From Thermococcus kodakarensis KOD1 (GTDB lineage: Archaea > Methanobacteriota_B > Thermococci > Thermococcales > Thermococcaceae), in contig NC_006624.1 in NCBI RefSeq assembly GCF_000009965.1, positions 1,290,001 through 1,322,000 of the forward strand: a stretch of 32,000 nt of DNA, read 5' to 3'. This document shows, in pieces, positions 26,359 to 32,000 of this stretch (its first letter is position 1; each line of letters starts with the position of its first letter). The position numbers were made by a program, and so were the translations under genes. The notes below the pieces were generated by a model. The model did no database searches. It was not told the DNA's origin and was given only the letters and a program-made list of their open reading frames with translations.

Positions 26359-27705
26359 ATGGCACTTGAGAAGCTCGGCCAAGCACTGAACAGCGCTCTC
26401 AAAAAACTCGCCCGTTCGAGCACCGTTGATGAGGCCACGATCAAAGAGATTGTGAGGGATATCCAGAGGGCACTACTCCAGGCAGACGTTAACGTCAAGC
26501 TCGTCCTTCAGTTAACAAAGCAGATACAAAAGCGGGCGCTCGAAGAAGAACCTCCCGCAGGTGTCAGTAAGAAGGAGCACATAATAAAGATCGTGTACGA
26601 AGAACTAACCAAGTTTCTCGGAACCGAGGCAAAGCCCCTCGAGATAAAGCACAAGCCGACCGTTATCCTCACGGTTGGAATCCAGGGTTCCGGAAAGACG
26701 ACAAGCGTCGCAAAGCTCGCCCGCTACCTTCAGAAGAGGGGATACAAAGTCGGCGTTGTCTGTTCCGACACCTGGAGACCGGGAGCCTACTACCAGCTCA
26801 GACAGCTTCTCGACCCGTTTGGCATAGAGGTTTTTGGTGATCCCGAGGAGAAGGACGCAGTTAAGCTCGCGAGGGAAGGCGTTGAGCACTTCCGTGAGAA
26901 GGGTGTTGACGTCATAATAGTCGACTCCGCGGGAAGGCACAAGGAAGAGAAGGGTCTCATCGAGGAGATGAGGCAGATAAGCGAGGCCATTAAGCCCCAT
27001 GAAGTCATACTTGTAATAGATGGTACCATAGGTCAGCAGGCGTACAACCAGGCAATGGCCTTCAAGGAAGCAACCCCCATAGGATCAATAATCGTGACGA
27101 AGCTCGATGGAAGCGCCAAGGGTGGTGGAGCGCTCTCAGCAGTAGCGGCGACGGGTGCTCCGATAAAGTTCATCGGAACCGGAGAGAGGATAGACGACCT
27201 TGAGCCCTTTGATCCAAAGCGCTTCGTTTCGAGGCTGCTCGGTCTCGGCGACATACAGGGCCTTCTGGAGAAGATAGAAGAGCTCCAGAAGGAGCAGGAG
27301 TTCAGGGAAGAGGACATGGAGAAGTTCCTGCGCGGAAAGTTCAACCTCAAGGACATGTACGCCCAGCTTGAAGCGATGCAGAAGATGGGCCCTCTGAAGC
27401 AGATACTCCAAATGATACCGGGACTTGGCTATTCCCTCCCGGAGGACGCAGTTAGGGTAGGAGAAGAAAAGCTAAAGAGGTACAAAGTCATAATGGACTC
27501 AATGACGGAAGAAGAGCTTGAAAACCCAGAGATCATCAACTATTCGAGGATAAAGCGCATAGCCAGAGGATCTGGGGCAACAACGGCGGAAGTAAGGGAG
27601 CTTCTCAACCAGTACAATCAGATGAAGAAGATGTTCAAGAGCTTGAATAAGAGAAAGCTCGCGAAGATGGCCAAGAAGTTCAATTTCGGGGGGCTGGGAA
27701 TATGA
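26359..27705 (+). CDS. srp54: Signal recognition particle protein SRP54
   Basis: N domain, then G-domain motifs [16 protein letters not shown] and TKLDG, then a Met-rich M domain ([23 protein letters not shown]). ATG 26359 is preceded by GGTGA. Confidence 0.95.
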   Translation: MALEKLGQALNSALKKLARSSTVDEATIKEIVRDIQRALLQADVNVKLVLQLTKQIQKRALEEEPPAGVSKKEHIIKIVYEELTKFLGTEAKPLEIKHKPTVILTVGIQGSGKTTSVAKLARYLQKRGYKVGVVCSDTWRPGAYYQLRQLLDPFGIEVFGDPEEKDAVKLAREGVEHFREKGVDVIIVDSAGRHKEEKGLIEEMRQISEAIKPHEVILVIDGTIGQQAYNQAMAFKEATPIGSIIVTKLDGSAKGGGALSAVAATGAPIKFIGTGERIDDLEPFDPKRFVSRLLGLGDIQGLLEKIEELQKEQEFREEDMEKFLRGKFNLKDMYAQLEAMQKMGPLKQILQMIPGLGYSLPEDAVRVGEEKLKRYKVIMDSMTEEELENPEIINYSRIKRIARGSGATTAEVRELLNQYNQMKKMFKSLNKRKLAKMAKKFNFGGLGI

Positions 27706-27941
27706 TAGAGGCAATCGTTCTGATAGTTGTGAAACCCGGAAACGAAGAGAAGGTCTATCAGGAGATAATAAAAGACCCCCGCGTCAAAGAGGCCTACAGA
27801 GTATACGGAGAGTACGACATTATAATCCGCATCGAAGTCCCCAGCATTGAGGAGCTAGACAGGTTCCACGACGAAGTTCTCAGGAAGATCAAGGACATTG
27901 AACTAACGGAGACCCTTATAGCAAGCAGCTACCGGAGGTGA
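27702..27941 (+). CDS. Stand-alone RAM domain protein (Lrp/AsnC ligand-binding domain only, demi-FFRP type)
   Basis: The 79-aa beta-alpha-beta-beta-alpha-beta pattern ([10 protein letters not shown]...[17 protein letters not shown]) is typical of the AsnC_trans_reg domain, and there is no HTH. The ATG overlaps the srp54 stop (ATGA). Confidence 0.8.
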   Translation: MIEAIVLIVVKPGNEEKVYQEIIKDPRVKEAYRVYGEYDIIIRIEVPSIEELDRFHDEVLRKIKDIELTETLIASSYRR

Positions 27942-28468
27942 ACGAATTGAAAAGGTGGGTCGCGACAGTCGACCTAGTCACTTTGGAGGTCGAGTCCGAC
28001 CCAACCTTCAAATTTAAGTGCATTGAGAACTGCGGACTTTGCTGTGAGAGGCTTGAAATCCCGCTCAGGGATGAGGACATAGAGAGAATCGAAGGATTGG
28101 GCTACAATACCTGGGAGTTCGTGGACTATGAAAAGCTCTTCTACAGAGGGGATAAGTTTCTAGGGTATGCGATAAAGAAGAACCCCGTTACTGATGCATG
28201 CGTCTTTCTCGATCCAGAAACAAAGAAGTGCAAAATCTACAACCACAGGCCGCTCGCATGCAGGCTGTATCCATTTGTCTTTGTTAAACACGGGGAGAGA
28301 ATGGAGATCTATATTAAGGAAGATTCATTCTGCCCTGGCATTAACCATCCCGACGGTAAACCCGTCACCAAAGATTTCCTTATGAAAGAATACTGGGACA
28401 TCATCGAGGAATACAGACAAAAAGTAATCCACAAAGGCCAGAAAACCCAGGTGAATGCGAGCGTTTAG
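27938..28468 (+). CDS. YkgJ-family Cys-cluster protein (putative Zn/Fe-chelating domain, UPF0153)
   Basis: CIENCGLCC...C.FLD....C.IY..RP..CR.YPF pattern. The GTG at 27938 overlaps the upstream stop. Alternatively a TTG at 27946 lies 5 nt after GGAGGTG. Confidence 0.75.
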   Translation: MNELKRWVATVDLVTLEVESDPTFKFKCIENCGLCCERLEIPLRDEDIERIEGLGYNTWEFVDYEKLFYRGDKFLGYAIKKNPVTDACVFLDPETKKCKIYNHRPLACRLYPFVFVKHGERMEIYIKEDSFCPGINHPDGKPVTKDFLMKEYWDIIEEYRQKVIHKGQKTQVNASV

Positions 28469-28524
28469 ACCGAAACATATTTATACATTTTTTTGTTAAT
28501 CCCTGGCCACCTGGAGGTGAGAGG

Positions 28525-29238
28525 GTGAGCCAGTTAAAGGCAGTCCAGGAAAAGCTGAGACTGATAAGAATCCTGAGGCTGTTAAAGAAGTCTTACACAT
28601 ACGAGGAGCTGTCCCGCATAACGGGATTGCCAATAACGGTCCTTAACCGATACGTTAGGGGAAAGGTACTACCAAGCTCCGAGAGGACTAAAGAGCTTAT
28701 GGAGCTGCTTGCACCCTATATCAACATTGAAGAAGAGGTTCGCAAGAGGATAAAGTTCGATGAAAGGGGATTCTTCGACAACATGCCCGCCCTGAGCGAC
28801 ACCGCGCTGATGAGTCTGATAGCGGAGGAAGTTGCCAGCAAGTACATGGACAAGGACATTGACAAAGTCCTCACAGCCGAAACCGACGGCATTGTCCTGG
28901 GAGCTCATATAGCGAGAGAGCTGGGGGCCGACCTGATATACGCAAAGAAGAAGAAGGAAGTCGGCGTCGAGAAGTTCTACGAGGTGAACTACGTACCAAG
29001 TGCATCGGGAAGCGTTATGACTCTCTATCTGCCACAATGGGCACTGAAGAAGGGAGAGACCGTGCTCATCGTTGACGATGTCATAAGGAGCGGTGAGACC
29101 CAGAGGGCGCTCGTGGAGCTGGCACACCAGGCCGGTGCAAAGCCCGTCGGCATGTTCTTCCTGATAAGCGTTGGAGACGAAGTGGAAAAACTCAAAGGGG
29201 AGTACCCATTCCCCGTTGAGAGCCTCATAAAGCTCTGA
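28525..29238 (+). CDS. HTH domain fused to a type-I phosphoribosyltransferase (PRT) domain; putative ligand-sensing transcription regulator
   Basis: The N-terminal wHTH-like segment is YTYEELSRITGLPITVLNRYVRG. The C-terminal PRPP-binding loop is VLIVDDVIRSGET. The GTG start is preceded by GGAGGTGA. Confidence 0.8.
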   Translation: MSQLKAVQEKLRLIRILRLLKKSYTYEELSRITGLPITVLNRYVRGKVLPSSERTKELMELLAPYINIEEEVRKRIKFDERGFFDNMPALSDTALMSLIAEEVASKYMDKDIDKVLTAETDGIVLGAHIARELGADLIYAKKKKEVGVEKFYEVNYVPSASGSVMTLYLPQWALKKGETVLIVDDVIRSGETQRALVELAHQAGAKPVGMFFLISVGDEVEKLKGEYPFPVESLIKL

Positions 29239-29247
29239 GGGATTTCC

Positions 29248-29577
29248 ATGAAGGGGTTCATTTACAACGCCGCCGGGCTGAGCATCCCAGTCGAGTTCAC
29301 GCCCGGCGTTCCTTTTAGATTTGAGTGCCCCGAAGAAGACTGCGGAAAGGTTGTGGTCATAGAAGGCGTGATAGAAGAAGTCGATGAAGTTGAATTCACA
29401 AAGGTTCTTGAGAAAACAATAAAGGAAAATCCGTCCTTCAGCAAAATCAGGGAGATAACTTCCAGAAGGTTTGTTTTCAAAGGGAAAGTTAATGAAAGGG
29501 AAGTAACTCTTCCCGTGGAAAGTTTTCAGGACTTTACCGAAAGATTCCTCAGGGAAGTCCTAATCCTCAAGGGATAG
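29248..29577 (+). CDS. Small hypothetical protein (109 aa)
   Basis: The ATG follows the upstream stop by 9 nt, and codon usage resembles the neighbours. I recognise no motif. Its 3' end overlaps the convergent Lrp gene by 18 nt. Confidence 0.5.
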   Translation: MKGFIYNAAGLSIPVEFTPGVPFRFECPEEDCGKVVVIEGVIEEVDEVEFTKVLEKTIKENPSFSKIREITSRRFVFKGKVNEREVTLPVESFQDFTERFLREVLILKG

Positions 29578-30018
29578 TCTCGGTTCCTCTTTAACAACCT
29601 GCATGACCACGCTCGTGTTCGTTTTTTCAACGCCGTCGAGCGACAGCAGCCATTTTACAAACCTGTTCATATCAGCCCTGTCCTTGAACTTTGCGATTAC
29701 GAATATATCAAACTCACCGGTGATGTCGTAAACCATCATGGCCCTACCGCTCTCCGCGATTTTTCGCTCAATCTCAATTATTTTCTTCCCCTGGGCCTTA
29801 ACTCCAATTAGGGCAGTCAAACCAAAACCCAGCTTTTCATAGTCAACAATCGGGGCGTATCCCTTAATAACCCCGCTCTCCTCAAGACGCTTAATGCGGT
29901 TGTATACAGTGCCGACAGCCACCCCCAGCTCCTTCGCTATCTCCCTGTAGGAAAGCCTAGCGTTTTTCTGGAGTAATGACAGTATCCTCATGTCAAGCTC
30001 ATCGACCACAATCACCAC
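29560..30018 (-). CDS. Lrp/AsnC-family transcriptional regulator (full length: HTH plus RAM)
   Basis: LDMRILSLLQKNARLSYREIAKELGVAVGTVYNRIKRLEESGVI is the HTH, followed by a RAM domain. GTG start candidates lie at 30018, 30015 and 30009. Confidence 0.88.
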   Translation of the reverse strand: MVIVVDELDMRILSLLQKNARLSYREIAKELGVAVGTVYNRIKRLEESGVIKGYAPIVDYEKLGFGLTALIGVKAQGKKIIEIERKIAESGRAMMVYDITGEFDIFVIAKFKDRADMNRFVKWLLSLDGVEKTNTSVVMQVVKEEPRLSLED

Positions 30019-30038
30019 CGGAGAGAATACACCGTAAA

Positions 30039-30047
30039 CTTTAAATA
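30039..30047 (+). promoter_or_regulatory. TATA box (CTTTAAATA) upstream of tRNA-Arg(CCT); possibly bidirectional
   Basis: It ends 29 nt before the mature tRNA 5' end (30077) and is centred about 26 nt from the GTG start cluster of the divergent Lrp gene. Confidence 0.5.
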
Positions 30048-30076
30048 CCCTTCTCTAAGAGGGATTAGCGGGCAGT

Positions 30077-30154
30077 GGACCGGTAGCCTAGCCAGGATAG
30101 GGCGGCGGCCTCCTAAGCCGCAGGTCCGGGGTTCGAAGCCCCGCCGGTCCGCCA
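30077..30154 (+). tRNA. tRNA-Arg (anticodon CCT), CCA encoded
   Basis: Acceptor GGACCGG/CCGGTCC, D stem GCCT/GGGC, anticodon stem GCGGC/GCCGC with loop CTCCTAA, variable AGGTC, T arm CGGGG-TTCGAAG-CCCCG, discriminator G and CCA. Confidence 0.9.
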
Positions 30155-30397
30155 TAGAAACTTTTCTAATGAAAAGTTTCACCAAAGAGCGAATGTCCTT
30201 TTGAGCGCCCTGCTTTTCAGTGATTCTCACAATCAATTTGCAATTCTCAAGGGGTTTGCTCGGAGTATAACGCCCAAAGGGCGTTAAAAAAGAAGAAAAA
30301 CCCGCACTTCCCTGCCCATCCATCAAGAGAATCTAACCTTATCAAGCCAATTCTCGGAGACATTCGAGCTTTTGGTGAAGCTTTTCCAAAAAGCTTC
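30155..30397 (+). repeat. Mosaic-array module type I, copy B1
   Basis: Hairpin GAAACTTTTC-taat-GAAAAGTTTC at 30157-30180. Core hairpin AACGCCC-aaa-GGGCGTT at 30269-30285. Terminal GAGCTT/AAGCTT/AAGCTT triplet at 30366, 30378 and 30391. Collinear with A1. Confidence 0.85.
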
Positions 30398-30658
30398 AGC
30401 GCTGGCGGAAGATTGGTATGCTTTCTTTTTAGATATGCCTGCTTTTGAAGGGTTTACTTCCAATTGGCTGATTCAAAAGGATTTTCTCACCGTATAGTGC
30501 CCGAAGGGCACTAAAAAGAAAGTCAAAAATCACAATTAGCGCGGGGATTTTGGAGTTAAACCCGCGCGAGCCTGCCTTCTTGAGAGCATACACTCCCTAA
30601 CAGGCGAGATCGAGGAGAAGGGCACACACTTTTGGTGAAGCTTTTTCTAAAAGCTTCC
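30398..30658 (+). repeat. Mosaic-array module type II, copy B2
   Basis: It starts AGCGCTGGCGGAAG. Core hairpin AGTGCCC-gaa-GGGCACT at 30496-30512. Long-range complement GTATGCT (30416-30422) / AGCATAC (30585-30591). It ends with the hairpin GAAGCTTTT-tct-AAAAGCTTC (30637-30657). Collinear with B4 at about 70 percent by eye. Confidence 0.85.
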
Positions 30659-30946
30659 TGCGCGAAGTTTGATCAAGGTTCGTAGCTCTTTTTCGGAATG
30701 CCAATTCACCGTGATTTTCCAACTCAAATGGCTTTTTGAGAGTGAGAACCCTTAATCCACCCTGTCAACTCGTGTTTAACTCTAAATCGGCGCCCTTTGG
30801 GCGTCAAAGAAAAGAAAACACCCTCTTCAAGAAGCTTCCTAAAAGGTTCTCACTCAAAAATGAGCACTTGCAGTCTAAAATCCTAAAATAAAACCCTCTT
30901 GAAGAAGAGCTACAAACTTTGATGAAACTTTGCCTGGCAAAGTTTC
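30659..30946 (+). repeat. Mosaic-array module type III, copy B3
   Basis: The 30-nt terminal inverted repeats 30665-30694 and 30901-30930 match at 26/30. Core hairpin GGCGCCC-ttt-GGGCGTC at 30789-30805. It ends with the 23-bp palindrome GAAACTTTGCC-t-GGCAAAGTTTC at 30924-30946. Confidence 0.85.
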
Positions 30947-31205
30947 AGCGCCGGCGGAAAAGAGGTATGCGTTTTTAATGAACTAATTTTTGAGTGGGTT
31001 TACTTTCGAGTTGCCAGACTTACAGGATTTTCCCCACAGTATAGTGCTCTTTGAGCGCTAAAAAGAAAGTTCGAAATCACAATTAACGAGAGATTTTTAA
31101 GAACAAACCCACACGCGAACCTGCTTTCTGGGGAGCATACACTCCCGATAAGCAAAGTTCGAGAAGAAGGGCACACTTTTGGTCAAGCTTTTTCCAAAAG
31201 CTTGC
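30947..31205 (+). repeat. Mosaic-array module type II, copy B4
   Basis: It starts AGCGCCGGCGGAAA. Core hairpin AGTGCTC-ttt-GAGCGCT at 31043-31059. It ends with the hairpin AAGCTTTT-tcc-AAAAGCTT (31185-31203). Confidence 0.85.
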
Positions 31206-31274
31206 TGGAAACGAAAGGCTTAAATACTTCAACACTTTTATTTTCTTCAGGTAAGAAAAAAGGAGGTGGTGGCC

Positions 31275-32000
31275 ATGGTGTACGTGGCCGTTCTTGCAAA
31301 CATCAACGGCAACCTTCCAGCACTGGCAAAGGCCCTTGAAAAGATAGAGGCCCTAAAGGAGGAAGGGTACGAAATAGAGAAGTACTATGTTCTGGGCAAC
31401 ATCGTTGGTCTGTTCCCGTACCCGAAGGAAGTCCTTGACGCTCTTGATGACCTCATCAGAAACAACACAGTCAAGGTCATCAGGGGTGAGTTCGACCAGG
31501 TAATAGCCGAGAGCGATCCCCACGCGGAAGGACCGGACTACATTGACAAGGTTGAATATCCCGACTACATAAAGAAGGCCCTCAAGTACACCTGGGAAGC
31601 CCTTGGTCACGAAGGGCGCGAGTTCATAAGGGACCTTCCAATATACCTTGTCGACAAGATTGGAAAGAACGACATATTCGGAGTCTATGGAAGTCCTCTG
31701 AACCCGTTTGGAGGAGTTGTACTGCCAGACCAGCCGACCAGCTACTACGAAGCCATCATGAGGCCGGTCAAAGACTATGAGATACTCTTTGTTGCATCAC
31801 CCAAGTATCCGGTCAACGCTATGACCCGCTACGGTAGGGTCATCTGTCCCGGAAGCATTGGATACCCACCGGGCAAGAACCACAAAGCAACCTTTGCCCT
31901 CGTTGATGTGGACACTCTACACACCAAGTTCATAGAAGTGGACTATGATGACGAGAAAAAGCTCATAGAGGAGAAAATCAAGAAAGAGGGCCTTCCGGAA
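31275..32000 (+). CDS. Metallophosphoesterase-fold protein (YfcE/MJ0936-like) with degenerate metal-binding motifs; 3' end beyond the window
   Basis: It is absent from the ORF track because there is no in-window stop. The ATG is preceded by AGGAGGTG at a 6-nt spacing, and the frame is open for 242 codons to the window end. It is collinear with the calcineurin-like phosphoesterase family (..GN....L...I......G......LGx.VG..P, ..PGS.G.P), but the ligand positions are substituted (see findings). Confidence 0.8.
   Translation, partial: MVYVAVLANINGNLPALAKALEKIEALKEEGYEIEKYYVLGNIVGLFPYPKEVLDALDDLIRNNTVKVIRGEFDQVIAESDPHAEGPDYIDKVEYPDYIKKALKYTWEALGHEGREFIRDLPIYLVDKIGKNDIFGVYGSPLNPFGGVVLPDQPTSYYEAIMRPVKDYEILFVASPKYPVNAMTRYGRVICPGSIGYPPGKNHKATFALVDVDTLHTKFIEVDYDDEKKLIEEKIKKEGLPE

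Noticed and set aside
30012-30326. 104-aa minus-strand ORF
   Set aside because: It runs antisense through tRNA-Arg(CCT) and repeat module B1. It has no translation signals and is an artefact of an open frame.
30539-30567. GC-only 7-bp stem GCGCGGG..CCCGCGC in module B2, considered as an additional conserved structure
   Set aside because: The paralogous module B4 has CGAGAGA..CCCACAC at the same place and cannot pair. The stem is therefore copy-specific, and I do not count it as part of the conserved architecture.
21333-31205. Interpretation of the tRNA-linked repeat arrays as CRISPR loci
   Set aside because: The units are 240-310 bp and internally complex. There is no short (24-40 bp) direct repeat alternating with unique spacers of uniform length, and there are no cas genes in the window.
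31353-31610. 85-aa minus-strand ORF
   Set aside because: It lies antisense inside the well-supported metallophosphoesterase-like CDS, which has a strong SD and stays open to the window end.

Overview
The window looks like a chromosomal segment of a Thermococcales archaeon (Thermococcus-like). Evidence: GGTGA-type Shine-Dalgarno sequences, TTTATAAA-type TATA boxes, many 4-nt stop/start overlaps and CCA-encoding tRNAs. From memory and unverified, the gene order matches the T. kodakarensis region around RNase J, IDI, MVK, Udp, NAD(P)H oxidoreductase and MTAP.

Content from left to right:
- leuS, with its 5' end cut by the window edge.
- A visibly AT-richer two-gene island encoding a secreted protein and a small membrane protein.
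- A SAM methyltransferase and an archaeal AAA ATPase with a nuclease-like tail.
- An M20 peptidase and a membrane HExxH protein.
- A minus-strand isoprenoid cluster (GGPP synthase, RNase J, type-2 IDI, racemase-like, CinA-like, IPK, MVK). It is preceded, with translational coupling, by an MNT/HEPN toxin-antitoxin-like pair, a Memo-like gene and a ThrC-like gene.
- Uridine phosphorylase and MTAP, each adjacent to a paralogous helical-repeat protein.
- tRNA-Gly(GCC), tRNA-Arg(GCG) and an NADH-oxidase-family flavoprotein.
- srp54 coupled to a stand-alone RAM-domain gene and a YkgJ-type Cys-cluster gene.
- An HTH+PRT regulator, an Lrp/AsnC regulator and tRNA-Arg(CCT).
- A metallophosphoesterase-like gene that runs off the right edge.

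The most unusual signal is non-coding. Both tRNA-Arg genes are followed directly by arrays of related ~240-310 bp modules (2 modules at 21333-21885, 4 at 30155-31205).
- There are three module types, in the orders I-III and I-II-III-II.
- Modules are delimited by perfect AT-rich hairpins (GAAACTTT..AAAGTTTC and GAAGCTTT..AAAGCTTC).
- Each carries a conserved 7-bp GC hairpin that shows compensatory substitutions between copies.
- Each is closed by long-range inverted repeats, up to ~30 bp, again with compensatory changes.

I cannot assign the arrays to any element class I know. No searches or computations could be run, so all identities are by eye.
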